From assembly GCA_051294905.1 (NCBI GenBank), contig CM119379.1, positions 6,386,001 through 6,450,000 of the forward strand: a stretch of DNA of 64,000 bases, in the 5' to 3' direction. Shown here piece by piece: positions 38,001-53,000 of the stretch. Source of the stretch: Botryllus schlosseri (taxonomy: Eukaryota). The notes beneath the pieces were generated by a model, which had not been told where the DNA came from, searched no databases, and worked only from the letters and a program-made list of their open reading frames with translations. Both the position numbers and the translations under genes were made by a program. Within the stretch, counting starts at the first letter, position 1. The number at the start of each line of letters is the position of its first letter.

Positions 38001-41000
38001 CCACGCAGCCTTGCTTTAGTTGGATATGGCTGTACGTTGAGTATAACACCAAGTCAACCTATTAGTTCCATTTGACCGTTTATTATTCACAATGGTAGGC
38101 CTATAAATTAGGCTACGAGCTGTAAAATATCAAATGATAGGTTCGCCGATACTGCAAACATCTACGATACAAATGAAATGCAGGTTGCAAAAAATTTTGA
38201 CTTTGTAAACAATTTTGACAATTTTTTTGACCTCTTGCTACAATTTTGATAAAATCTTGAATGTTTTTGACCTGTCAATGCCGGAAGTTGCATTGTTGAC
38301 TCCATTACCTTGGCAATGCCCGGAATCAGTGTCCTTGTATTATGTAATCTAGCTTCCTCACGAAGCCATGTTGTACGGTGTCACAACTTTGTCCGTCTTA
38401 CCCTGATACGAAAGTGATGTTCCAGTTGGATTTGACAATCTGTTTTTACTTGCCAGTGGGAGGATTTAGCGGAGGCCGGAGATCACAATGAGGAGTCTGA
38501 GCCCTCCTCTATGGAAACGGCACCTCCACAACACGAGTATGTGTCTATATTATTATGCTAGTCTATGAAAGCGTTCGCATTCGCAGACCTAAAATCAATT
38601 TGTCTTCAAATCTTAATAATTTGGACTTATAACTTAGCTTACCTAGGTCTGGTAGATTGTGTGTCTATATCAGAGTGAATGTGCATTGACTTGGTAATTT
38701 TCGACCGGTTTTCCAATAAAAGGAAAGATTTGACCGTATTCCATGATATACCACAATTCAGCCTTATCTGTGATCTCATTGACATGACATGAGAGCCAAA
38801 CTCGTGTAAATAAAGTGTCATTCTGCATGGCCTTCAGCCAAATTCCTGATGCTAGCAGTTTTTAAGGTGCGATTTGAATATGATGTTGATTTTATCCAAC
38901 ACAGGCCATCCAACGCTGCGCCGGCAAATTCCACGCCACCGCCACCGCCATCGACACCGACTGCCATGGAGAGTCAAAGTCAAACTCCGTCGGAGGCATC
39001 TAGCAGTAAGCATCTTAGATACTTTGTTTACTTTTCAGTATGTTTCGGTACTTTTACAATGTTAAAATTCTCTGTCATTTGACGAAAGTTGCCCTGAGGC
39101 ATGAGCACTGGAGCAGCTTACGCTGCTAGTGATGGTATAGCACGGTTTTGACCGGCAAATATTTTATTCCATGCTAGCGAGGTCCTTTGATCATGTGGTG
39201 TTAAATGATATTTCTGATCGCTATTGTATGAAAATAAACTCAGCTCTTGGTCAACGGCTTGTGATTCATGGGTTATATCGCAAGGTATCTGACTTCGATT
39301 GTAATTGGCAGCAGAATGTCAATGTCGGCCTACGCTTTTGTAGCATGTTGTCCCATGATAGTTTTGTATAATATTGAAGAAGGGTCTTGTCAACATAACC
39401 TCCCGTTGCCTCCACACTGGCATATTTAGTTTGTCTGGCACCAGTGTGGTCATAATTATGCATTTGCTGACGTATTATTTTGGACATGATCTTAAAATAG
39501 GTATCAGGCGAAATTTCCCATTTATGTAAGATTGAAAAAGGAGACGATACATACCACATACTAGGTATAGTTCTTGCTTGTGCTATGTAATATTTTGATC
39601 TAATCCAATTGTTTCAGCGCAAAGCTTCATAAATTGCTTGCATTCAATTTAGAATAACAGGCTATATAGCGGAAACCTTGTTGCTTCATTTAGTATTTCA
39701 TATTATTGAAATCACAACACAACCTTTATGTCCTTTGAAACAATTTTGATGATGTACATGACAGATCCGATGTCACACATGATCTTTAGCTGCTGCACAT
39801 TTATCTGTAAGCATTGTAAATGACTACGGCAGTCAATATTTGAATAAACTTTTGAGGTTAGGCTCTGTTACTTAGCTGACCTGTAGTCATACTGGTGGTG
39901 TTTTACAGAAAATCGTGTTTGCTTAATACTCCTTGTTTGCATGGTAGGGCTTACCTATGTGGAGTAAAAGCCACTGTATTGTGATTTTGTGAGAATTTGA
40001 AAGCAAATATCACGTTATTGTTCATGTTATTTTTTTTGCTTACCTCCTTTGAGAATTTGAGTTGTAGTTACAAGCTGGAACGTTTTTTGAGTCGTCAGAA
40101 TTTATCAGCTACATGCTCATTGCCCACAGTACCTCAAAGAACACCTTGTTACATCATTAGCAAAGTTCATTAACTTTGAAGATATTTCATTTTGTCTATT
40201 TCTAATAATTTAAATGGGTGAGCTGAATCAGATTGGTGATGAAAATTTGAAACTTGGCATAGATGCCCCGGGGACCAGCTTACCCCATCCAGCAAGAATA
40301 TATTCTGTGAGCATATGCAAAATCGAGTGGAGCTAAGCAAGTATACTGATATCTTCCAATTCTCAATTAAACTTCTAATATGAAACCTCCATTGCAATGG
40401 CGTTCACCCGGATTAATTTAAAGTCGATTTGCTGAAATCACTTGATCAATATCATAACAATCTACCACAACAGTTTCGTCAATTTACCTTGCTTGATTTT
40501 GTCACCCTCTTACTTATGTGAATGCGTGTGTCACAATTTAGTATCATGATTATTATGACATATGACTAGATTTTCAGGGTAATCATCCCTACTTATTTGC
40601 ACTATAGCTCAGTCATCAAGACGAAGGCGGTCAAGAGAAAGTTCTGGTTCAGAGAGATCAAGTAATTTAGCTCGCTTTGTAATGAATATACCCTCTAGTT
40701 CAGTGGTTCCCGACCTTCCTTTTCATCCCCCCCCCCTCCATGCTGGAATGAGTCGAGCATTGAGTCGCTTTTCTATCAATAAAATTCACTCAACTTTCTA
40801 CTATTTTCGTCTCACAATCAACCCATTCGTTGTTTTCGCCCCCTTCTCAAAATCTTCCCAAGGGGGCGATAATGTCACCTTTCGGAACCACTGTTCTAGT
40901 TTATTCTAAATCTGAATGTAGTTTCGCTGATAGCTCGTGGGCTTGGTGATTTAGCGTTTTATTTTCCTCCTAACAAGCTAGCTCAAGTTGGTAGCATGGT

Positions 41001-44000
41001 GCATGTCATAATATTTTGAGTTAGCTGGACACAGCATTCTCTTGTTTACTGTAATTATGGATGCATTCATTATAAATCAGTGTTTAATTTTACACCTTGT
41101 AAATTTTTTGGTTGTCGTTTTTGCATCTTGTGTGTTTTCTATGACAAATCTTACATCGGTCTTCATATTAATCCTCAAATTAGCTTTGATATGTCAAAAG
41201 TTTATAAAACTGGTATACTGTGACTTCCCCAATAAGCACTCATCTCGTCAGGTTAGCGTTGAGCCAAAATGCTGATGCAGACTCAATAAGCTAACGGTTC
41301 CTACGCAATAAAAAAAAACTCGGTCTAAAAGCCTAATTCACTTGTTTTAATGCAATCGCTCTCAAATTATGGTATTCCATCTCTTTTCTCCATGTAATAA
41401 CTTTCTTGCAGTGGTTTGTAATGTCTGAATTGGGTTGCGTGTTAACCTATGCATGTTTATTTTGCAATTATCAGCCAATACTTGCAATACAGGTGAAAAT
41501 TTAGATACTTGCAAGTTTGAGATGACACTGGCCTATAAATTATATCTGCAAACATCTTGAATTCTTGATTTGCATTTCCCACCACATGAAGTTCCTGGAT
41601 TTTGCAAATCACGAGCTCAATTATTCAGTGCCAGCTTTGATTTCTGTCATGTGCGCTCAAGCATGAATTATTGATTTTTTTGCTAATAGGCTTCGAAACA
41701 AATCTGCAACGTTGCAAGGGGATTTCGGCTATCTATTCTCAGATAATGTGAATTGTATTGTATTGTGGTATGTGTCTAACTTCCCCTCCCCTACTGAGGG
41801 AATTGATTCATTGGCTGTTGATTGTATGATGTCATGTAAATAGCTGAAGTCGAGGTAGGCTTCCGCTCTCCATTTGGAAATTTGAAAGTTGTGAAAATTG
41901 CGAAAATTGTCGTGGTAACTATATATTTCTAGCTTCAACCTGCATTATAATTTGGTAAAGACACCCATGGGTATTTTTAATCAATACCACATCAAGACAT
42001 CACTATTCGTTCGGCCTTACAATCTCATCAATAATGTTCAAAGAATTCTAAAATAATTTTAGCACATTTTTCACAAAATGATAGGAAATGATTCACGATT
42101 TTTCTGATCACTCCTATCAAACCCACTGCTTTTACTGTGTCAGCTTTGGTACCGGCGGTATCTGAATTGTTCTTACATTTTGAGACTGCATCCTTCGGAG
42201 GTTTTGTTCCAAAGTTGCCCCCTCTCGAAAAGGCAAATAATATTTCAGTCGAAAATTGGAACTTGCAAATATGCGATGGAAAAGACAAGATTGCTGTCTT
42301 CTTTGCCATGCAATGATGGGGAATGTTCATTACTCATCACACGTTAATATGCCTTCCTGCCTACCAGACAAATGTATTTGCCTTGCTCATAAATAATTGA
42401 TGTTGCTTGTGCAAGATTGTCAATGTGTCAAATGAACACCAGTAATTTCAGTCTTGCGCCTGGTTGAACTTATATTTTTCCTTGTAGCTCTAGCAGCCCG
42501 GCAGTTTTCCGAGCTGCACAACACTAGTTTTCGTTTGCAAGCTGCGGATTAGTCATTTTCTCCCAAATATTTAGTTGTTTCTCACCTAGAACTAGCTTCA
42601 TCGGTTTTTTGGAAATTCGTTTTGAATTTGATCGAGCAGCTGTTGTTTAATTTCGAGTCGTCATGTTTTGTTTTCGTGGAATGCGACAGTGTATGGCATG
42701 TAGCTATTTTAGTAGATAGCTCAACCATTGCATCCTGCATGTTGCTTGAAATGGTGAAACCCACCATCTGGAGAGATGGGTCGCTAAGTTCGCAAACATC
42801 TTTCTGCGAAAACAACAAGTTCGAGGGAATTACCACCAACCAGTATCCATTCATGTTATACTAAATATTTACAGCTGCAAACCTGTAGCTATAAGTAAAA
42901 ACACTTGGAAAAATAATGACCGGCCATCGATTAAACAAGCTTGAAGGGACACTGCGCTCTAAAAATGATGTGGTCTCAAATTGAACGTATAAACGAACAA
43001 AACTTTTTGGCTGCGGCCATTTCCTTCAGAACGCCACCGTAATGGAGCTGCAATTTATTGAAATTTCTACAAGACCAGCTGCCGCGGCTGCTTAAATGGC
43101 ACGATATCTTCACCGTCGCACTTGCTCGACGCGATTAGGCAGTCACGCAGAGAACGAATTTTAGATAGTTGTCAGCCGATGTTATGAAGGAAATGTGTAT
43201 AAGTTTCGTTCTCTGCGTGACTTACTTATCGCGTCGAGCAAGTGCGACGATGAAGACATCGTGCCATGTAACAGGTATAGCAGCCGCGGCAGCTGGTCTT
43301 GTAGAAATTTCAATAAATTGCAGCTGAGTAATTCCCTGTCAACATGCAAATATTTTTTAAATCCGTCTCCACACCCCCTCAAGATTTTTCTCTAAATCTA
43401 CATACAACTAAAGTATCTAGTTCTGAGTACAACGAAATTTATTTCGGACAATTTCGTTGAACGGCTCTCGAGTTATTGCAGTTTGAAAAATGATGATTTT
43501 GTGGTTACTCAACCATGAAATTTGGTAACACAAAACCTGTGTATGATTGTAACTGATATAGCTCAGAGGTTACGTAGAGTAAAGGTTTGAATGTTATTTA
43601 GCAATAATTGCTGGTACATGTTCTTCCCTTACCACGAATATCCCCGCTCTACAGTATTGGGTCAAGGTTCAAAACGCGATTTCAAAATTGGCATATGTTA
43701 AAATCGGTGATGCATAACGATATTTTTCAACTCATCTGGTGCAATTCTATTTAAACCAAAATTCACAAGCAAGGTGTCATTTGAAAGCTGTTTCCAACTA
43801 GAATGCACGAAACATAGTTTTATTATTGATATTTGACAGCAACATGGTTAAAAATATAATATGGTGCATAATGCAAAATAGGTCATTTTTTAATGAATTT
43901 TAATTATATTAATTCAGTGATTATCTGATTTTGCCATTATTCTACTCGTTATATGATAATGTGTTTCAGTAGATAATTATTGCCATGCTCAGAGAGTACC

Positions 44001-47000
44001 TTTATTTATTGCCTGTGCATTATGCTTGCAAGGGTGCTTCTGGGTTTACCGACTATCAGTAATTCGAGTCAACATCCAAATAATATTTCAATTCGTCTTC
44101 ACACCCTCTCAGATTTCTCTGCAATATCATGTACAACTAAAGTACTCAATTCTGAGTAGAATAGAATATAATTAATATAACTTTATTGATCGGTTCTTGA
44201 GCAATCGCAGCAGTATGAAGAATGAGGATTTCGTGCTTACTCAACCATGAAATTTGCGTATAATTATCACTGCTAAAATCATACTTATACAGGCTGCAGG
44301 TAGTAATGCTCCTGTTTGGAATCGGTGTCCTGTGCTCACACTATATTTATTTTTTTAATTATTTTTTATTAAATTACTTTAACTTAAAATCATCGCTGCT
44401 CCGCTGATATATCAGGCAAAAAGGCCAGCGATTCCAATCAGGGTAATGCTGGTAAGCAATGATTGGTAATACATGTTCTTCACTCACTAGGAATTCCCCT
44501 CCGCATTACAGGATCAAGGTTCAAATCTTGATTTGAAAATTGACATACCAGTATGTTAAAATCAGTGATGCGTGACGATATTTCCGAACTCTCTGGCACG
44601 ACTCTATCTAACTCAAAATTCATAAGTAAGGTGTCATATGAAAGCTGTTACCAATTAGAATCCATCAGACTTGGTTATAAATTGAATATAAGATTGGACC
44701 ACGGTTAAAAATATACTTTGACACTTTATGCAGGACACGTCATGCACTATTTAGAGCGCATCTTTTCAATTAAGTTTTAGACAAGTGGCAGTCAAATATC
44801 ACATGCAATACCAATTCAGCAATGTTCTACTCTTTCCAAGCTTCCATTTGACACCTTCCTCGAAAAAATCTGTTTAAATAGAATTACGCTAGGCGGAGTT
44901 GCATATTTGTTATGCATGGCTGATTTGTAAAACATGATGACTTTGAATTGACATTTGACCCCTAACCCCCATTAGTAAAGTTAAAAATTTAGGTCAATCA
45001 CAATAAGCATATACCAAAATATCTTACTACAGAAATTTAAGTATGCCCGGCAGTAATTTGCTCACTATAATGATAATTACAATTACACACAGGTTCCAAG
45101 CGGTATAGCGTCACGGCCGAGTGAGCACAAAATGTCATTTTTCAAATTGCAATAACTCTGTAACGAATTGTCCGATTTTCTTGAAACAAAGTTTGTTATG
45201 CACCAAATTTAATGCCTGATCGATGTGAAAATTTTCAATTTGATCTGAAATGGGTGTGGAGACGGGCGTTTGCATGTTGAGAGGGAATTACTCAGCTCCA
45301 TTACGATGGCGTTCTGAAGGAAATGGCTGCGGCCAAAAATTTTTGTTCGTTTTTACCTTCAATTTGAGACCACATCATTTTTAGAGCGCAGTGCCCCTTT
45401 AAGACGAGATGAACCCCTGTAATCGATAGATAAGGCTTTGCATGCAATTTTTTGCGCCTTGTGCATATGAAATGTATGAACATAATATGCTGGTCGACAC
45501 TGAAAATCCGCTGTTTCTTTTCAGATAATTTACCAGAGGGTTGGGAAGAGAGGGTCGATTCAAAAAGTGGCCGCAAGTACTACCTCAATCACATTCTTAA
45601 AACGACACAGTGGCAAAAACCAACTGAGCCTGCAGTCAAGGTAAAAGTAAGATCACAATTTCTGTTGTGTTGCATTGGATATCTGAATCTGATTGATACT
45701 CACGCCATGACTCATCAGTACTGTTACACACTGTTGCATTCTATTCATAGCAATGTCTAGTTGTAGGCCTATTGTAAGAAACAAACCATGATGGTCTTTG
45801 CGTGTATTACACGTTGGTAAACAGCGCATGGTAAAGTAAGTGTGGGGTTTTTACTATTGAATTTTGTGTGATTGTGTGAATCCCTGTTAGTGAATCCTAG
45901 TTAAAATGTTTTTGCAACCTGTATCTCAGCTAGCGACCAAAGGATGCGCCAAATGATGAATTTATACCATTTACAATCACTGTGAAAATAGATGATAACT
46001 ATAGCCTAGTTAATCCCATGTGTATAATTAATTATGTGTGCATAATGCATCTGTGACATCTACTGTTGCTTTCTTGGTAGCCCTCTCCGAAGAATAGTTA
46101 CCTGCCAAAGGGATGGGAAAGAAGGTATGGGCTTTCAATTGTCGCTTGTCTGGTATTTATGTCCGGTTATGGTTCGTATACGTTGTGATTGGGAGATTAG
46201 CGGCTCTCAATTCTCAATTTGTGGATTTCCTTTTCTGATGTCGCATTTACAAAGTATGCCGGCCCGGTAGTGCTTCCTTTGCAAGGATGCAAAGATTCGA
46301 AATAGCCATGCCGATACATTGCAAGCTTGTGTGGCACAATTGTGGCGTGTACAGCAGTTATCGCATTAACTTTCAAAAACAACCTGGCGGCAAGCATGAG
46401 ATGTCATTTTTTCCAAACCCATCTCTATTCGTGTTGTAATTGATAAGCTGCATAGCTGACGTTTTATGATGTTTGAAATGTCGATCGAGCATAATAGCAT
46501 GCGACAATTTAGCATGTGGGTCAAGTAAGCTTTAGATTTAGGGTTGGGTTAGGGTTTTGGTTTTGCTAAGAGTTAATTTCGATAGTAGGGTTGGGTTTAA
46601 GGTTACATTTCGGATAGTTCAGTCGCACGCTCTTATGTCGGGCAACTTTTCTGCACATTCGTTCCTTGGGAAATTTCCCTAATTCGAAGTTGGCCTTTGA
46701 ATTTGTATTGTATCAATGTACGTCACACGCTGCAGACTGCCGTGACGTTGGTAACTTGTACGCAGGACCGCACCTGGCGGGAAAGTATTTTTCATCGACC
46801 ATAACACGAAAACAACGACCTGGAAGGATCCGCGGTCGTCGCGTCCTCCCGTGCAACGCGGAAACATCGAAAGCGCCGAAGACTTGGGACCATTACCGGT
46901 GAGATTATGCCCGTTTCGATTCTCTGCAAGTGTGCATTGCTGTTCGCCACAAATCTTGTAGTTTTCCTGAATTAGCTATCACCTAGCATGATTTCGCTTT

Positions 47001-50000
47001 TCTTTTTAGGACATCATTTATAGACATCTTGTCTTATTTTGATCATGGCTTGGCAATTACGAATCGAGTACTGTAAATCAAGGTTACTTTGTACAATTTT
47101 TCACAATTTTGCTTTATATCTTGGATATGCTATAGTCGGGGAAAGTAAGTTTTGTGTTTTTCTGGCGTTATGGAGCAAAGATTAGAATTACGTAATCCAA
47201 AATGTCCTCAGTCAAAAATAGGTATCCTACCATATTTTTTTGAATTAACTGATCCAAAGTTACCTCGGCATGTGGAGGTAACAAACCTCCTAAATGAGGG
47301 TTATATCGTCAGAGTTGATGAGATTAAGACTAGTTTCGGGTCAGTGCTGCCAACTTTTCGATCCATGGCGCACATGCTATCAATGTGTGGTTGTAAGAAG
47401 TTTAATAACCGTCAATTTTGATGAAATTCCCCCCCCCCCCCCCCCCCCCCCCCCGCCACACATTTATCAATGATGGAATGATGGATCAAGTTTATCTGGT
47501 AGTGAAATTATCCACCTTTTATCGAGATTACTTATGGTACTGTTGCCTTGTGAAAAAGATGCCTTGTGAAAAAGAATTGAACCACCAGCGGCAACATTTT
47601 TCCATCAATAACAGTCTTAGTGTCCAAAGTTACCCCCTAGTCCAAAGTAATGCCGCTTTAAGGTATTTGGCCTTTGAGTTGAGTACCCTAGTACTGCTCA
47701 TGACCTTATAGCAGAAGGGATGAGTAAGAAAGTTAACTATGTATTGTAGCTTTTATGTAGTATTGAAACAGTTGCAAGGGGCGTGTCATTTCAGTAGGCC
47801 TACTTGAAACATATTGTTTCTTACTAATCGACTCAACTGATTACAATTTATACTGAAATCCAAATTTAGTACTGAAATATCATTGTTGCTGATCCCAAAT
47901 TATGATACAGTGTGTCAGAAAGCCTGTGATGAATAATTCATCTGAAAATGACTGTTTCGTCATCCGGAATCTGTGAAATGTTACCACTACATTTCCGTAC
48001 TGGTGTGTTGTGTAATTTTTTATGAATTGCTGAACAACAACTTTTGACCCGTATGGAAGTGATCACGCCTATTTGTTGCATCTGATGACTCTCCAAGTCA
48101 CCGCGCTAGAAAAGTTTTGTCCGTTTCCTGTTGGTAATTTGTAAGGGAAGTACGATGCTGTTTTGACCGTTGCCGCGTTGTGGGTGTTGTGATTTTTTGT
48201 CACTGAACTGGGTTCAGGTCACATAAAAGTCGATAATACCAACCTGTAGTTAGTCTTTAGAAAACGTTTGGTTCAATATTGCGTAAATATCCCAGTGATA
48301 TTTACAGGAACCAATTGCCGGGTGTAAGGATTTGATGCAGAAATGAATGTTTGATACGTTTTTTCTCTGAAGTCTGCCATGCTTGTGGCCTGTTCTGTGA
48401 GAATTCATTTGTCTCGTGTATTTTCCTCTGTATACGTCTGTAGTCTTGCTGATGATTCATGAATCAGCAGTCTCGCATTCACACTGCGTTTGCTGCAGAA
48501 TAGTGGTGTTTAGTCTGAGTGATAAATTACATGAATCAGCCACAGCATTAATGTCTTGCCATAGTATTCATGGGGACCTGTGTTAAGGGCAGGGTTCCTG
48601 AAAGTCTTTACAAGGTCTTTACGTGCTGTCCGCTACATGATTTTATATCGCAGTTCAACATTCCGTGTTAATTTCTTACCGGAATATACTTGTTAATATT
48701 TTATGAAGTCTTGATGAACTTGATCCCGTGTATATATTATTTTGCCTATGCCTGCAAATTCACAACCGTTACCGTCTGTTTCACCCGTATTTGCGATAAT
48801 TACCTTTTTGTAGGACAGCACATAATGCAGTCAATTCATACCATATGTGGGCCTTGTGTACAATGACCATTTAAATCGAATCACTAATGCGGTGTGTTGT
48901 GTGTTGGCACATATCAGGCATAAGGGATATTGTTCTTGTAGTCGTTTACTGTCTCGATCGCGACAATCGTGAACCTGTCAATATCCTTAGGTTTTAGTTT
49001 GCTATGTTACGTCTGCTGTCACCTAAGTACAACAATATTTTTAATCAAAATTTAATGATTTTTCGCTCCATCAATTCACCACAGATATTCAAATGCCGAG
49101 TCATGGCATCTAAATAGGCTTGTAGGCTATCTGATCTAAATGTGATTGTGTCATATTGCGCATGTGTAATTATGATGCTTGTGAGTAATGCCAAGATTCT
49201 TTATTACTTTTTACGTTGAATGAACTGTCACAATGATATCGTGACTACCTGGCAAATTCTGTTAAGCTTGCCAATAATATGGGTCGCTTGTAGAGTGTAG
49301 AATTAGAATGTTAACATCCATGAAGCAGAAAAACCTGCAGAGTGGCAAAACGCAAAATTTGTGTTACAAAATGTTTTCCCTTCTTTGTACTGACCAGTGA
49401 TTCAACCTTTGCAGTTGGTACAACGTTTGTCTCTAAAGGTAACAGGCTCTGACTCATCCTGTAGCCTGAGAATGCATAGAGTAGCTGTGAGGCGTGTGAA
49501 TAGCCCTTCCAGTCTTGTGTATTCTATTTTGAAATCCCAAAGCGACTTCAAATACACATACCAATTTGACTTATAGTGAGCAGTTCTCGTCTGGGCTACT
49601 TACAACCTATTTGTTGTTAAAGTGTGTTTCAATATTAAATGGTTGTTGGTGGTAGTTAAGTCGGTGACACTGACCTTTGCGACTTACATTTCAGGACGGC
49701 TGGGAAGAGAGGCAACACAGCGACGGCAGGATATTCTATATCGATCACGGTACCTCTTCAGCAAAATATCGTCCTCGATTACATTCTAATGAGCTTCGTT
49801 TTCTTTAACAGTAAACAGAAAGACCCAGTGGGAGGATCCAAGGCTTCAAAGTCCGGACATTACTGGACCGGTGAGATGAGTCTGTCTTATACTTTTACGC
49901 GTAGAAAAAGTGGCAATATATTGTAGAAGCAAACAGTGGGCGAACGCAGTACGAAGATATTTGGTTTCACTAAGATCTGGTCTGCACCTTTACAGATAAA

Positions 50001-53000
50001 GGGCCACATGAGATTTATGAACCATTGCGCGGGCTGCTTGAATGTTGATGTCGTTTTTTAGTCGGCTGATAGGAGAGAACCGGTTTAGGTGACGGTGAAA
50101 ACAAAACTTGTATCTTGCCACGCATCAAAACCGATAACAAATACATATGTCATGAAAATCTTTTATAGTTAAAGAATGGATTCAGTCCCTAATATTGTTG
50201 CTTGCATATATAGCGGGTCGCTTCTCTGTACCATTTGTCTCGTTTGGCAAGGACAGAATTATTCGATGCTGGGACATATCAATATCGTAGAATTTGGCGT
50301 ACGTGTGTCTATCCTTTTTTGCAAAGGCTTCATCGCCGACAATCTTTCTGCGAGTGCAGACGCAAAGTCGTATGTTCTCTCATAATTACGAGTATTGTTC
50401 GGCTCAATACCGGAAATTGGGCGCATTTTTAATTTTCCGAAAGTCAAAACTGACAATGAAACGCTCGTAGCGCTAAGAAAAATTTTCAAGTCAAATAAAT
50501 CTGCCACGAAATATTCCACTTCATCGGCATATAAGTAGATGCAAGAAAATTTGGCTATATCCTGGCTACGCCAATGCGTCGGAACTGATATTTTAGTTTT
50601 CAACATCCCAAATTTTGTGGCCAGGTAAATCAGATTTTTGTTAGCCGTGCAAGTTCACAATAAATTACCTGGTTAATTAATTTTTTGATAATATAACTAA
50701 TTTCGAGATTTACCTCGCATGCCACTCAAAACCGTGGACATGTGGCCCTCCCATGCACTAAGTAAATCCTATGTGTTCTGAGCTTCCTTTAGTGACCAGT
50801 CTGGTGGCGTATGTTCTATTGAAATTGGTTGATACACAGGATACAGGATTAGATAAAATTATTTTGAATAATGGCTGGAGAGTTTGCATCCCGGAGCAGT
50901 CTCAAATCTCTGGTTCAGAGAAGACGTTATGGTTATGGGATATACAATCACTCTGGTAGGAAATAAGCTGCTTTTCCTGTCTGTAGCAGATGGCTAATAA
51001 ATCATGTTCAATTACATGCACAATACACATACACATTACACATGCACACTCTTGTTAGCTGTAAATTGATTCAACTTGTAATACATAGTTGGATCTCCAC
51101 AGATTGGAGATCACATGATTCTCGCTAATTACGCGAAATCTGCCCTGACACTCCTTGACGTCAGTGCGCTTGGTCTTGTTCAAACCGTCACACGCGATCC
51201 ACACTCACTCTGTTATCTAAACTATGACTTAACACAAGCTTGTCTTTCCCTGTATTCAGAGTTATTGTATTTTCGAGTGTTTGCTCGGTTGTGTATATCT
51301 AGGGAGTGCGGAAGGATGGTGATAGTTCGTGGTTTCGTGTGCTTTGAAATTTTGAATTACCGGGAGGTGGGATTAGGTAATGAATCTGTATATGACTACT
51401 GGATGTCCTACTCAAATGTTTTTTATGTTGGTAATGATAGCATTGCGTCATCAGTGTTATACGTATTTCCCCTCGGCCTTGAGCCTTATGAAGTTCTGTA
51501 TGCATGCTTATGCTTCATAAATCGATTACAAGCACACGGAAAACATATGCGGTCTGATGCTAACGATTAAACCAAAATTCAGATTAAAAACTGCCACTTC
51601 ATTGGCTTTGATTTTTTGTCTTTAGGTAAAGTTGTTAAATTCTGAACTAAACCTGCAAAATACCAGAGTATCTTTTATGCAATGGATAACGGGCATTATA
51701 TTCTTTGTGGCGGCATAAACGGTGCATATTTGAACTTCGACGTATTACATTCTGTAATACTTGAAGCATATTACGTGATTCAGAATCGAATAACTCAGGT
51801 ACTCGATTTTGCCCAGCCGATACCTATTTTTGACCGCTGTATTTGCAAATAAAACGGTCACTTGAATATATCTGCCTCGTTTCCAGGCCGTGCCATATTC
51901 GCGAGACTACAAACAGAAGTACGAATTTTTCAAGCTTATGATCCACAAGAAAACGCCGGTAAGCGACTGGGTTCCATGATCATTCTAGTTGTGTAATTAG
52001 ATCAGTTCGAGTGAAATGGCAAGACAGCGTAATGGTGGAGCATCACACTTCTTGATCGGTAAGTCGTGGGTTCCATCCCCGGGCAGGTCAGGATAAAGAC
52101 CTGATTAGTAACACTGGTATCCATGGCTTTCTCACTTGGTGTTCAGCATTACTGGGACAGCATGGAGCGGTGGTGCAAGACTTTGAAATCCTTACGAGAC
52201 TGTATCTGCACCTTCCTTATCCAGCGGCATATGCACATCATGCACTCTTGGTGTGCACATGCACAGATCGTGTGTAGGTATATAATGAGTCGGTCTATAT
52301 GCCGCAAAATCATCAAGGACAAAAATGTACTACGTCCCATCCTATGGCGGTTATCTAATTCTTTTCTCTAATTCTAATATTCATATAATTTTCATAACGT
52401 TTTTATGCTCTAATTTAATTCTATTTAATTTGTATTTTTCTGAAAATGCTACAAGAGAAATGTGTAGCGTGAATTGAGCCAAGCTTGGTGTACTGTAGGG
52501 TTGTTCAAAAATACCTTTTTCGCCGGATTCGGGGGATTCACTGATTCCATGTGAACTGAAATTGATTTATGTTGTATTTCATTTGCGAATTCCAATTCTA
52601 GTCTAATTTAAAAATCAATCTGTATCTATAATTGTAATCTAATGTGGAAAAGCAGGTTTTCTAGATGTCCGACTCCCCCCTTTTCGTGACTGCATGTTAC
52701 TCGTTTGACAGCGCGACATTCCAAACCGGTTCGAGATGAAAATTCACCGGAACTCGATTCTCAACGACTCATTCCAAGCTATATCCGTCGTGAAGAAAAC
52801 CGACTTGCTGAAGTCTCGCTTATGGATCGAGTTTTTGGGCGAGAAGGGGCTGGACTACGGGGGCGTGGCCCGGGAGTGGTTCTATCTCATCTCGAAAGAA
52901 ATGTTCAATCCGTACTACGGCCTTTTTGAATATTCGTCGACGTGAGTACCGCGGGCGTGTTTGAACCTACATCGGTCATACCGTAGCGTCCAAAACACAT

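Noticed and set aside
41473-41492. Possible 18-nt phase 1-1 microexon
   Set aside because: Too short to tell from chance without transcripts.
42488-42552. Candidate NEDD4 exon [20 protein letters not shown], faintly like the NEDD4L QFSSL..SRLRS segment
   Set aside because: It has a good acceptor but no convincing in-phase donor before the stop.
46540-46605. Telomere-like TTAGGG variants
   Set aside because: Only a few degenerate units, most likely part of a decayed repeat.
51115-51570. 151-aa intronic ORF with an upstream-end TGACGTCA site
   Set aside because: No recognisable domain, composition like non-coding DNA, and no clear phase-0 donor to the next NEDD4 exon.
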